Assembly: GCA_905182735.1 (NCBI GenBank)
Contig: CAJJCT010000002.1
Span: 9,267-73,266 of the forward strand
Direction of reading: 5' to 3'
DNA: 64,000 nt
From: Candidatus Marivariicella framensis
GTDB taxonomy: Bacteria; Bacteroidota; Bacteroidia; Flavobacteriales; Flavobacteriaceae
The first letter of the stretch is position 1, and every line of letters begins with the position of its first letter. The translations under genes and the position numbers were made by a program. The notes under the pieces were generated by a model. It did not search any database. It was not told the origin of the DNA and saw nothing but the letters and a program-made list of their open reading frames with translations. Of the stretch, positions 1-9,330 are shown one piece after another.

Positions 1-299
1 TGATTATTCCAGAATGGAAAAGAGGAGTTTCAACTCCTAAAGAAAGAAATCTTTCATTAGAAAAAATAGTAGATCATATTGATCATATTTGCCAATTATC
101 AGGAAATTGTGACTATGTAGGTATTGGATCAGATCTAGATGGGGCTTTTGGAAAGGAGCAATGTCCATTTGATCTAAATACAATTGCTGATCTCCAAAAA
201 ATAAAACCTATTCTAAAAAATAGAGGTTATTCAGAGTTAGATATTGATAAAATATTTCATAAAAATTTTATTAATTTCTTGCTAAATACCTGGAGTTAA
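1..299 (+). CDS. membrane dipeptidase (peptidase M19 family), C-terminal fragment cut by window edge
   Basis: Frame 3 is open from the window edge to TAA at 297-299. The translation ...DHIDHICQLSGNCDYVGIGSDLDGAFG...NRGYSELDIDKIFHKNFINFL resembles the conserved C-terminal end of renal-type dipeptidases (GxGSDFDG, GYSEEDIxKIxGxNF). Confidence 0.7.
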   Translation, partial: IIPEWKRGVSTPKERNLSLEKIVDHIDHICQLSGNCDYVGIGSDLDGAFGKEQCPFDLNTIADLQKIKPILKNRGYSELDIDKIFHKNFINFLLNTWS

Positions 300-358
300 T
301 CTGATAAGTAAAATTTAATGATTAAAAATATTTATATTATGGTAAAATTGATTTAGTT

Positions 359-1945
359 ATGAAAAAAAATTTTCAAAAAATAACCTTAATTTTATTTTCC
401 TTAATAATTATAATTTTATTCTTAACTGAATTAAAGAAAGATTCTGTTCCAACTATCCCAAAAATTGCTATTGCTGGTCTTGGTATTGAATCTAGCACTT
501 TTTCTCCTGCTGTAACCCTTGAAGATGCTTTTCATCCAAAAATTGGTAATGAAATTTTTGAGCGCTATCCATTTTTATCTTCAGATTCTAATAATAGAAA
601 AAGAGCAGATTGGTTCCCTACTTTGGTTGGTAAGTCCTTGCCTGGAGGTATAGTAACTAAAGAAGCATACGAATCATTAGTAAATCAAACCTTAAACCTT
701 CTTAAACAGAACCTTCCCTATGATGGATTATTTTTAGATTTACATGGTGCTATGAGTGTTCAAGGGCTAAATGATGCTGAAGGAGATTACATAAAAAGAA
801 TACGAGAAGTTGTTGGTTATGATACTGTTATTTCAACTTCAATGGACTTACATGGAAATGTATCTGAGAGACTTGCTGAAGAGTCAGATTTAATTACCTG
901 CTACAGAATGGCTCCACATGAAGACGCCATAGAGTCCAAACAAAGAGCATTAGAGAATTTATTGACAAGAATTGAAAATGGAAAAGGAAAGCCTTTGTTT
1001 AAAGCATGGATACCAGTTCCAATCCTACTCCCAGGAGAACAAACTAGTACTAGAATCAACCCCGGGAAAAAGCTTTATTCACAAGTTGAGCCAACTTCAA
1101 AAATTAAAGGAGTCTTAGATGCAGCGATTTGGATTGGATATGCTTGGGCTGATGAACCAAGGAATCACGCTGTTGTTGTTGTAACTGGAGATAATGAAAA
1201 AAACGTGAAATCCTCTGCTGAGAAATTAGCAAATAGTTTTTGGGAATACAGAAATGAATTTGATTTTGTTGCACCTACCACTACTCTAAAAGAAAGCCTT
1301 AAACTGGCACTTAATAGTGATAAAACTCCTTTTTTCATAAGTGATATGGGAGATAACCCAACTGCTGGAGGGGCTGGAGATGTTACTTGGACTCTAAAAA
1401 AACTTTTAGAAAAAGAAGAATTTAAATCTATCGATGGACCTTCATTAATATATGCTTCCATACCAGGACCTGAACTTATAGAAAAAGCATTAAAAATTGG
1501 AGAAGGAAAGGAAATCGAAGCTTATGTTGGAGCTCAAGTTGATAATAGATATTCCCCTCCAATTTTATTAAAAGGAATTATAAATAAAATAAAAATAGGA
1601 GATCTTTATGCTGAAACAGAAGTTGTTGTTCAAGTTGGAAGTATAAATGTTATAGTAACAAACAAAAGAAAACCCTATCATAAAGAAAAGGATTTTAGTG
1701 ACTTAAATTTAATTTTAAAAAAAGCTGATATAGTAGTCGTAAAAATTGGGTATTTAGTTCCAGAACTCTATGAAATTCAAAAAGACTGGGTTATGGCTTT
1801 AACTCCTGGTGGAGTTGATCAAGATTTGATTCGTTTGGGTTATAAAAACATTAAACGACCTATGTTTCCTCTAGACAAGGATATGAAAGATCCAAATCTA
1901 AAAGCCCGGTTAATCCCTTTATCTGGCAGCTCAAAAAAATTATAA
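359..1945 (+). CDS. M81 family metallopeptidase (MlrC-like), N-terminal membrane anchor
   Basis: 528-aa ORF. IAIAGLGIESSTFSP near the N-terminus and DGLFLDLHGAMSVQGLNDAEGDYIKRIRE match MlrC/DUF1485 hallmarks. A hydrophobic N-terminal segment is present. Confidence 0.65.
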   Translation: MKKNFQKITLILFSLIIIILFLTELKKDSVPTIPKIAIAGLGIESSTFSPAVTLEDAFHPKIGNEIFERYPFLSSDSNNRKRADWFPTLVGKSLPGGIVTKEAYESLVNQTLNLLKQNLPYDGLFLDLHGAMSVQGLNDAEGDYIKRIREVVGYDTVISTSMDLHGNVSERLAEESDLITCYRMAPHEDAIESKQRALENLLTRIENGKGKPLFKAWIPVPILLPGEQTSTRINPGKKLYSQVEPTSKIKGVLDAAIWIGYAWADEPRNHAVVVVTGDNEKNVKSSAEKLANSFWEYRNEFDFVAPTTTLKESLKLALNSDKTPFFISDMGDNPTAGGAGDVTWTLKKLLEKEEFKSIDGPSLIYASIPGPELIEKALKIGEGKEIEAYVGAQVDNRYSPPILLKGIINKIKIGDLYAETEVVVQVGSINVIVTNKRKPYHKEKDFSDLNLILKKADIVVVKIGYLVPELYEIQKDWVMALTPGGVDQDLIRLGYKNIKRPMFPLDKDMKDPNLKARLIPLSGSSKKL

Positions 1946-1950
1946 ATATA

Positions 1951-2787
1951 ATGTCATTTGGAGCTCAAGAGCCAAAACTTCTAATTATTCATGCTGATGA
2001 TGCAGGATTATCTCACTCTCAAAATAGGGCTATTATTGAAAGTCTAAGAAATGGATTAGTTAATTCATATAGTATTATGACTCCATGTCCTTGTTTTGAA
2101 GAAATAGGTGATTTTGCAAAATCAAATCCTCAATATGATTATGGCATTCATCTTACTCTTACTTGTGAGTGGGAGAATTATAAGTTTGGGCCAGTTTCGC
2201 CTGTTGAAAGTGTAAAAAGCTTAGTCAATGAAGATGGAGATTTCTATAAAACTAGAAATGAACTTAAAACATTCGCTGATATAAAAGAAATAAAAAAAGA
2301 ATTAAATGCACAAGTTCAAAAAGCTTTTGATTACGGTTTAAATCCTACGCATATTGATTCTCATATGTACAGTGTTGGAATAAATAAAGAGTGTTTTAAC
2401 CTTTATAAAGAATTAGAAAAAGTTTATAATATCCCTATCCTTATTAATAATGAATTATTAGAAATGGTTGGATTAAATGCAAAAGAAAATATTAATAAAA
2501 ATGATTTTGTGTTTGATAATATCTGCATCGCTAATTACAAACACTTCTCAAATAATAGATTAAAAGATTATTATTTAGACTTTATTGAAAATATAAAAAG
2601 CGGATTAAATATTATTTTAATTCACCCTGCTTTTAATGATCCTGAAATGAAAGCTATAACCATTAACCATCCTAATTTTGGCTCTGAATGGAGGCAAATA
2701 GATTTTGAAATATTCACGAGTCAAGAAATTAAATCCAAAATTGAGAAAAACAATATCCAATTAATCTCATGGAAAGAACTCCAATAA
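1951..2787 (+). CDS. YdjC/ChbG family carbohydrate deacetylase
   Basis: 278-aa ORF starting 6 nt after the previous stop. The N-terminal LLIIHADDAGLSHSQNRAIIESLRNGLVNSYSIM is the YdjC signature (ADDFGLS...G.V.S.S.M). Confidence 0.7.
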   Translation: MSFGAQEPKLLIIHADDAGLSHSQNRAIIESLRNGLVNSYSIMTPCPCFEEIGDFAKSNPQYDYGIHLTLTCEWENYKFGPVSPVESVKSLVNEDGDFYKTRNELKTFADIKEIKKELNAQVQKAFDYGLNPTHIDSHMYSVGINKECFNLYKELEKVYNIPILINNELLEMVGLNAKENINKNDFVFDNICIANYKHFSNNRLKDYYLDFIENIKSGLNIILIHPAFNDPEMKAITINHPNFGSEWRQIDFEIFTSQEIKSKIEKNNIQLISWKELQ

Positions 2788-2810
2788 GAACTGAAAAAAG
2801 AAAGGAATAA

Positions 2811-4691
2811 TCAATCATATTGTTGCCATTGAGTGTGAAAATATTGATCTAAAGGCTTGTCAACTCTTTGGTAGCTATGAGCGCCAAAGAAATCACGTTG
2901 TGCCTGGATGAGATTTGCTGGCAGTGTTTCTGTACATAGCGCAATCCAATAATTATAAGCACTTGAATAACAATCTAAAGCAATTTTTTGATCTACAGCA
3001 TGATGAATTAAAACGGCAGCATCAGACTCGGCATTACTGATTAAACCAATGAAGTTCGTGTTTTGAAGCAACTTTTTTTCTTTTGAAAAAACCTTTATAA
3101 GACGCTCCATTAAATTAGACCGGATGATACACCCTTGCGTCCAAACACGTGCAATTTCTGCAGGCTTATACTCCCATCCGTAGGTTTTAGCCGCGTGTTC
3201 AATTAGGTTAAATCCTTGTATATGATTGATTTTTCGGGCAAATCCATATGCTTTTTTAAGCACAGATAGATCAAGGGTGTTGGACTTAAAGATTCGGGGG
3301 TTGCTCTGAGACAACAAAGTTCGTTGTGCTTTCATCAATGAAAGGTAGCGGGAAAAAACAGCGGAAGACATCATCGTATTAACTTCTCCCAGCTCTAAGG
3401 CAGCAGAACTTGACCACATACCTGTTCCTTTGCTACTCGACTGATCTAGAATTAAATCAATTAAGAAGTAATTGCCTTCTTTTTTCTGAAGAATTTTAGC
3501 GGTAATTTCTAATAGATAACTCGCCTCCGAACCCGTGTTCCATTCGTTAAAAACAGAAGCTATTTCTGTGTGATTCATTTGACGAGACAATACCGCAAAG
3601 GTTTCTGCTAGGAGTTGCATTTCGGCATATTCAATACCGTTATGTACCATCTTTACAAAATGTCCAGCTCCTTCGGAACCCAAATAAGCATGACAGGGAT
3701 TCCCCAAGGCATCTTTAGCGGCGATAAGGTTTAAAATAGGCCTTAACAGGCCATAGGCTCTGGGACTTCCTCCAAACATAAGCGAAGCGCCATAACGAGC
3801 TCCAAGGGCTCCTCCAGAAACCCCACAACCAGCAAAAACAATCTTTCTTTTTTCTAGTACTTGGACTCTTCTTTGAGTATCTAAATAATGCGAATTACCA
3901 CCATCAACAATAACATCACCTTCGTTAAGTAACGGTAATAGTTCATCAATCAGTTTGTCAACAGCAGAACCGCTTTTGATCATTAACCAGATTTTACGTG
4001 GCCGTTCAAGGGCATCAATGAAATGGCTTAATTCGGTGAAACCCAATACGTTTTTAAATTGAGAATTGTTTGAAATAAAAACATCTATAACCCTTTCTTC
4101 TCCAGGAGCTAATCGGTTATAGACGGCCGTATAAAAATTATTTTCAGCGCAATTTAATGCAATTCCTTGCCCCATTACCCCCATTCCAACAACTCCAATA
4201 GTTGGAGGATTTGAAGGGTTTATCTTTTCTAAAAGAGACGCACTCAACTCTGGTAAAGGCTTGTCAACGTTAAGGAAAATTCCATAAGAGGGAAGTTCTA
4301 GGGTACTAAACTGTGAGCGAAGTAATTGGGGATCAAAAAAATGATTTTCACGATTTTTTAGACGTGCTTGAATCAATTCAAATGAACCATTCAGCACCAC
4401 CCAGGTAATCCCGCTATTTTGATCTGAGAGAATACTTCGATAATTTTCTTTTAGCGCTGAGCAAGCTAAAATAGCTTGGCCTTTTTTGGACCATTCTTTA
4501 ATTTTTTCAGCCAAAAGGAAGAGCCATGGTTTTCGATCGGAATCCTCTAAACCAAGTCCCAACTTCATTTTGTCTTTGTTTGATTTCGAATGAAAATCAT
4601 CTGCATCATAAAAAGGCCATGTTGTTTGTTGCGAAAGCTGTTTTCCAAGGCTTGTTTTTCCAGCTCCACTAACACCCATTATTACTATCAT
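2811..4691 (-). CDS. gnd: bifunctional gluconokinase / NADP-dependent 6-phosphogluconate dehydrogenase (decarboxylating) fusion
   Basis: Single 626-aa ORF. The N-terminal ~165 aa carry the P-loop GVSGAGKT and DADDFH typical of GntK-type gluconokinase. From about aa 175, IGVVGMGVMGQGIALN, GAGHFVKMVHNGIEYAEMQ and RDFFGAHSYQR are 6PGDH hallmarks. Confidence 0.8.
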   Translation of the reverse strand: MIVIMGVSGAGKTSLGKQLSQQTTWPFYDADDFHSKSNKDKMKLGLGLEDSDRKPWLFLLAEKIKEWSKKGQAILACSALKENYRSILSDQNSGITWVVLNGSFELIQARLKNRENHFFDPQLLRSQFSTLELPSYGIFLNVDKPLPELSASLLEKINPSNPPTIGVVGMGVMGQGIALNCAENNFYTAVYNRLAPGEERVIDVFISNNSQFKNVLGFTELSHFIDALERPRKIWLMIKSGSAVDKLIDELLPLLNEGDVIVDGGNSHYLDTQRRVQVLEKRKIVFAGCGVSGGALGARYGASLMFGGSPRAYGLLRPILNLIAAKDALGNPCHAYLGSEGAGHFVKMVHNGIEYAEMQLLAETFAVLSRQMNHTEIASVFNEWNTGSEASYLLEITAKILQKKEGNYFLIDLILDQSSSKGTGMWSSSAALELGEVNTMMSSAVFSRYLSLMKAQRTLLSQSNPRIFKSNTLDLSVLKKAYGFARKINHIQGFNLIEHAAKTYGWEYKPAEIARVWTQGCIIRSNLMERLIKVFSKEKKLLQNTNFIGLISNAESDAAVLIHHAVDQKIALDCYSSAYNYWIALCTETLPANLIQAQRDFFGAHSYQRVDKPLDQYFHTQWQQYD

Positions 4692-4825
4692 ATCATTTTT
4701 AGTTATTTTTTCAAAGATAAAAAATCAATCTACTTTCTAATAACATCTAATAAAAGGTAAGATTAGATAATTTAAATTCCTTGGTTATACGTTAATTAAA
4801 CAATACATTGTATATAAAAATTCTT

Positions 4826-5689
4826 ATGAAGAAATTAATTAGAAAAATAATTATCATATTTATTTTTATTGCTTGTAAATTAAGCTTTTCACAACCTTAT
4901 ATACCAATAAATAAATGGCAAGAAAAAACCATACTTCTTATTGGAGCTCATCCCGATGATGATTATATGTCTCATGCAACATTAGCTCTCTTAAATGATC
5001 ATCAAAACAATATTTATATACTAACACTTACAACTGGAAATGTTGGAACAAAAGATTTAAGTATCAGTAAAAATGATTTATCAAAAATAAGAAGACAAGA
5101 ACAGATAAACGCGATGAAGGTTCTTGGTCTTTCGGAAAATAAATATATTAATTTAGGTTATGATGATGGTCGACTAGAGTTTGCAGATAGGGAGGAGATT
5201 ATTGGAAAAATAGTTCACCATATTAGAAAGATAAAACCTGATGTTTTAATGTCGTTTGATCCCGGCTATAATTATCAGGTTTGGCACAAAAGTGATCATA
5301 GAGCTGCCGCATATTTAACTGCTGATGCTGTTAGGGCAGCAGAATGGCACCTGATGTATGAAGGTGACATAATTCACAATAAATTGGAAGCATATGCTGT
5401 CCCAGAATTTCTTTTTTACGGAGGTAATATTAGTGACACAAACACCAGTGTAAATATTCAAAAATATGTTGAAAAAAAAATACTATCAGGATCAAAATAT
5501 TTGAGTCAATGGTCGAGTGGATGGAATAAGTATTTAGGGTCAGATATTAATAACTATCCGGAAGGAGAAAAAGATAGAGTAAATAAAAGACTGAGGGAAA
5601 GAATAAGATTTATAAATGATATACCAGTAGAGCAATTTAGGTATTATAAAGGTATTCCTGATGGAATGGGTCGAAGCCCAAAAGACTAG
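4826..5689 (+). CDS. PIG-L (LmbE-like) family deacetylase, secreted
   Basis: LLIGAHPDDDYMSHA motif (AHPDDE-type) plus a signal peptide ending SFSQ. The ATG at 4826 is preferred over the TTG at 4808 used by the ORF track. Confidence 0.6.
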   Translation: MKKLIRKIIIIFIFIACKLSFSQPYIPINKWQEKTILLIGAHPDDDYMSHATLALLNDHQNNIYILTLTTGNVGTKDLSISKNDLSKIRRQEQINAMKVLGLSENKYINLGYDDGRLEFADREEIIGKIVHHIRKIKPDVLMSFDPGYNYQVWHKSDHRAAAYLTADAVRAAEWHLMYEGDIIHNKLEAYAVPEFLFYGGNISDTNTSVNIQKYVEKKILSGSKYLSQWSSGWNKYLGSDINNYPEGEKDRVNKRLRERIRFINDIPVEQFRYYKGIPDGMGRSPKD

Positions 5690-5777
5690 CTTGGAAATAC
5701 AATTGACAAAATTTTAATATATAATTATCAGTCGGTTTGTACTTATATAAAGATATTGCTTTTCATTGGATTATGTC

Positions 5778-8033
5778 TTAGTTAAGATTTAGCCAATAGT
5801 TTAACTTAAGATTAATACTCCAGGATTTTATTTCTTCTGGAATCATAACTTCATTACTATTGAAAACTAAAAACAAGTCTGATGCAGGTTTGTATCTCCA
5901 TTGAAATCTTGAATTAAAATTCCATAAATCAAACTGTTTATTGTATTGGTATAGGCTTGAAAAAAACAATTTATTGGTTAATGTTATATCTAATTTAGAT
6001 CCAATAAGCCAAAAATCAGATTTATTCCAAGGACTTTCAAGATTTATAGAATTGTAGTTTATAATTGAATTTATACTAAAGTATGGCTGAAATCGATACC
6101 CTAATTCAGCTGATAAACTTCTTCGTTTCCCTTCTTGATAATATCCTCCAATCAAGCCATTAATTTTATATGTAAAATTATTTTGAGGTTTAGATGTAAA
6201 TTCAAAGCCAAAAGATGTCCATTCATGTTCAGAGCCTTTAATCAGAGAACCAACATTAGATCTTAATGGATCAAAATCTTGTAATAAATTAATATAGTTT
6301 TTGATAAAAACAACATTTAGCTTACTCCTGTTAGCAAAATTAATCACATATGAAAATTGATCTAAAAGATCAGTTCTATTATATGATTGGTCAAAAAAAT
6401 ATGTTCTTGAAAAATTAGGACCATAGGAAACAATATTAGAATCATTTTTATAAAATAAATAACCTAAAGAAGAGTTGAATTTATAATATCCCTTTCGAGG
6501 AACATAGCCCACTTCTGCATTAAAATTCTCACCTACGTATTCTTGTTGAATTCTTGCTTTCCAATTGGTTGAATTATATTCTAAATGAGAAGCAAAAGAA
6601 TGATCATTTTTAATTTGGTTACTACTATAGGTGTTTAAAAAAAATGCTTTTCCATTCCATAAATTATTTGCTGACCCATAGTTGTATTCTACTCCAATAT
6701 TTCTATTATATTTTGTATAATTTGAATCAGAAATAATTTTATTTTTTTCATCAAAAAAAGATTCTTTATTTATTAAAATTAGACCGATACTAGACCTTTC
6801 AAAAACTCTTTTTTGAATTGTAAAAACTCCAAAGTTTTGTTTCGGCAAACCAATCCTGTCAATGTTTTGAGTTTGAATATCCATTAAACCTATTCTCCAT
6901 TTTTCATTAATATTTCCACTTAATCTAAGACCTGCATTTATGGGAACACCTAATCCAATTCTTCTAGAGAAAAAAGGTCTCAAAGTTTTGTAACCAAAAT
7001 TGGCGAATAAGTCAGCATTTTCTAAAAAAAACTGTCTTCTCTCAGGATAAAAAAGTTCAAACCTATCCAGGTTTGTTACTTGTTGATCTACCTCTGCTTG
7101 TGAAAAATTTGGGTTAATAGTAAAATCTAAATTTAAAGCACTTGAAACACTAACCTTTATATCTCCCCCTATCTTGTTACTTTTTGTTTTATAGTCGTTA
7201 GTTTTTGAAATATTTGAAAGTGAGTAGGGTATTATTGAGATATTTCGCCCCTGTTTTGGAGGAGAAGAATCCCAAACTAACACTCCAGTATGCGCTAGGG
7301 AAACTGATGGAAATTGTCTTGGAACTGGAGCCCAGCTTGACTTTTCACCTGCCTTAAGGTCTAGTCTTCCAAAATTTATTCCCCACTCTTTAACTCCTTC
7401 TTTATATCGAATTGATTTTAATGGTATTGAAATTTCACAGGTCCATTTATCTTTATCAAAAGATATCTCTGACACCCATTTAGAATCCCAATTTAAGTCT
7501 ACTTTACCACCATTATACATTGTTCCGTCCCATTGTGCTCCGTATGCATTTAAGCCAAATGAAAAACCCGTTGTTAAATTATTAAAAGGATCTATTGAAA
7601 TTAGTAGGTTGTCATTTTTTCCAAAAGAAAAATCTCTTTTTAAAGATTCTACCGTATAATCTCCTTGCACACTGTTATTAAAAAAAACAACTCCAAAATA
7701 AATATTATTTTCATCATAAAGTATTTTAACTTCAGACTCTTGACTTGCTTGTTTTCCGTCTGTTGGAAGGATCATGAAAAAATTATTTGCTACCTCAGCA
7801 TTATTCCATATTTTCTCTTCTAAAACACCATCAATATTGATTATTTGATCTGTTTTTGTTGGATGAATTCTATAGCTTTCATTTATTTTTTGAGAATGAA
7901 CTTTCAGTGTTATTAAAACAAATAGGCTGAAAATTCGAATTGTATAATTTAACCTTGGATTATACATTAAACTAAACGAATTATCGCTATTAGACAATAT
8001 CGTTTCGAGCTGTTTTTTCATATTTGTTTTCAC
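5778..8033 (-). CDS. large outer-membrane protein, CBM9-like N-terminal domain plus DUF5916-like beta-barrel
   Basis: 751-aa ORF with signal peptide (..KVHSQ). The N-terminal EEKIWNNAEVANNFF region resembles CBM family 9, and the C-terminal part has alternating aromatic beta-strand patterning. The family call is from memory only. Confidence 0.45.
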   Translation of the reverse strand: MKTNMKKQLETILSNSDNSFSLMYNPRLNYTIRIFSLFVLITLKVHSQKINESYRIHPTKTDQIINIDGVLEEKIWNNAEVANNFFMILPTDGKQASQESEVKILYDENNIYFGVVFFNNSVQGDYTVESLKRDFSFGKNDNLLISIDPFNNLTTGFSFGLNAYGAQWDGTMYNGGKVDLNWDSKWVSEISFDKDKWTCEISIPLKSIRYKEGVKEWGINFGRLDLKAGEKSSWAPVPRQFPSVSLAHTGVLVWDSSPPKQGRNISIIPYSLSNISKTNDYKTKSNKIGGDIKVSVSSALNLDFTINPNFSQAEVDQQVTNLDRFELFYPERRQFFLENADLFANFGYKTLRPFFSRRIGLGVPINAGLRLSGNINEKWRIGLMDIQTQNIDRIGLPKQNFGVFTIQKRVFERSSIGLILINKESFFDEKNKIISDSNYTKYNRNIGVEYNYGSANNLWNGKAFFLNTYSSNQIKNDHSFASHLEYNSTNWKARIQQEYVGENFNAEVGYVPRKGYYKFNSSLGYLFYKNDSNIVSYGPNFSRTYFFDQSYNRTDLLDQFSYVINFANRSKLNVVFIKNYINLLQDFDPLRSNVGSLIKGSEHEWTSFGFEFTSKPQNNFTYKINGLIGGYYQEGKRRSLSAELGYRFQPYFSINSIINYNSINLESPWNKSDFWLIGSKLDITLTNKLFFSSLYQYNKQFDLWNFNSRFQWRYKPASDLFLVFNSNEVMIPEEIKSWSINLKLNYWLNLN

Positions 8034-8118
8034 AATAATAGATCTAAAATATGATTATTTTTACATGTTTATCAATGTTGTGCAATTATTGATTAAATTA
8101 GGTAAAAGCTAATAACTT

Positions 8119-8208
8119 ATGGACTTAAAATTCAGTGGAAAAACAGCCTTTATATCTGGATCTAAATCTGAGATTGGATTTGCAATGGCAAAAGAACTTG
8201 CAAAATAA
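8119..8208 (+). pseudogene. relic of a short-chain dehydrogenase/reductase N-terminus (29 codons then stop)
   Basis: MDLKFSGKTAFISGSKSEIGFAMAKELAK* reproduces the SDR Rossmann start (GKxAxxTGxxxGIGxAxAxxLAxxGA). It terminates where EGA would follow, and no SDR-like continuation is visible in any frame. Confidence 0.4.
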
Positions 8209-8438
8209 GGGGCTCTTTATTTTCATCTAACATTGGCTCTGCTAAACCTATTTTTAGTAGAAATTCTTATACTTCTTCAAGCCTATCATTCATAAGGTAA
8301 AAATCTATGGAGTTTGTTAGCCTTTAAATATTTAGATATTTTATAAATTAATTATAAAAAAATGTTGTTCAAAAAGTTTTACGTGTATTAAAACAATAAA
8401 TTTTATATTTGAAAAATAAAGGAAATCATTAAGTGTAA

Positions 8439-9257
8439 ATGAAAAAATTAATTTTAGTATTAGTAGTATTAATTTTCTCATGCTCTAACAATGAGAGTTT
8501 AAATAGTCAACAACCTATTATACCCTCTGATAATAGTGTAATTGGAGATGGTGAAATAAAATTAATTTGGTCTGATGAATTTGAAGTTGATGGTCCGCCT
8601 TCTCCTCAAAACTGGTTTTTAGAAACTATCCCGCCAAACAATGGGAGCTGGTGGAATGAAGAGGATCAGTATTATACCAATAGAAGAAAGAATTCAATTA
8701 TTGAAGATGGTGTATTAAAAATTATTGCTCTTAGAGAAGATTATGAAAACAAAAAATACACTTCTGCTAGAATGACTACACAAAACTTGTTTGATTTTAC
8801 CTATGGTGAAGTCCATGTTAGAGCAAAACTACCTCAAGGACAAGGAACTTGGCCTGCAATATGGATGCTAGGAAATGATATTGACACATTAGGCTGGCCT
8901 CAATGTGGTGAAATTGATATTATGGAACACGGGAATAAGGAGCCTGGATTTGTTTCTTCTGCAGTTCATTTAGCTAACGAAAATGGTGATCACTATTATT
9001 TGAGTGGAGAACAAAAAATTGAAAACGAATCTAGCAGCTTTCATGTTTACAAAGTAAAATGGTCATCTACACAGATAGATTTTTTTGTTGATGATGTTAA
9101 GCATCATACATTTATTACTAACTACGATATGCCATTTTGGAAACCTTTCTTTTTGCTGCTTAATGTTGCAATGGGAGGTCAATTTACAAACAACGACATA
9201 GATTCTGATTTTGTTTCAGCTACGATGGAAGTTGATTATGTAAGAGTTTATCAATAA
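8439..9257 (+). CDS. glycoside hydrolase family 16 beta-1,3-glucanase (laminarinase-type) lipoprotein
   Basis: 272-aa ORF with lipoprotein signal (LVVLIFSC), the GH16 catalytic motif GEIDIMEH (ExDxxE), and the WPAIWMLG and TSARM motifs. Confidence 0.8.
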   Translation: MKKLILVLVVLIFSCSNNESLNSQQPIIPSDNSVIGDGEIKLIWSDEFEVDGPPSPQNWFLETIPPNNGSWWNEEDQYYTNRRKNSIIEDGVLKIIALREDYENKKYTSARMTTQNLFDFTYGEVHVRAKLPQGQGTWPAIWMLGNDIDTLGWPQCGEIDIMEHGNKEPGFVSSAVHLANENGDHYYLSGEQKIENESSSFHVYKVKWSSTQIDFFVDDVKHHTFITNYDMPFWKPFFLLLNVAMGGQFTNNDIDSDFVSATMEVDYVRVYQ

Positions 9258-9330
9258 ACAAATCATTGTCACATATAAGGAGTTAGCAACAATTAGATTA
9301 GCTCACTTTGAAAATCAGTATATCAACAAT

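Noticed and set aside
1165-1461. Short ORFs in the six-frame track lying antisense or out of frame within longer genes. These are 1165-1461, 12827-13132, 13248-13454, 23773-23997, 27026-27256, 30299-30511, 30459-30692, 31285-31503, 31867-32106, 32803-33000, 39624-39839, 40830-41063, 41910-42131, 43798-44001, 45284-45490, 50085-50288, 50306-50542, 52745-52957, 53549-53800, 58344-58544, 59113-59322, 62967-63191 and 63363-63863.
   Set aside because: Each is fully embedded in a much longer ORF with clear family motifs on the other strand or frame. They have low-complexity or hydrophobic shadow-like translations and no independent start context, so they are treated as shadow ORFs.
2811-4691. Elevated G+C (about 42-45% in sampled lines) of the gntK-gnd fusion, considered as evidence for horizontal transfer.
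   Set aside because: Other highly conserved enzymes in the window, such as sampled lines of gdhA and ileS, reach similar G+C. The elevation is therefore explained by amino-acid conservation and expression rather than foreign origin.
8377-8404. Shared 12-mer TTTTACGTGTAT (8377-8388 and 25657-25668) and 12-mer ACAATAAATTTT (8393-8404 and 25649-25660), in the GH16 promoter region and the TetR/etfB divergent spacer. A possible common operator was considered.
   Set aside because: A back-of-envelope estimate for this AT-rich 64-kb window predicts hundreds of chance 12-13-mer matches, and about one adjacent double match. The motif is not a clean palindrome. The evidence is insufficient without genome-wide statistics.
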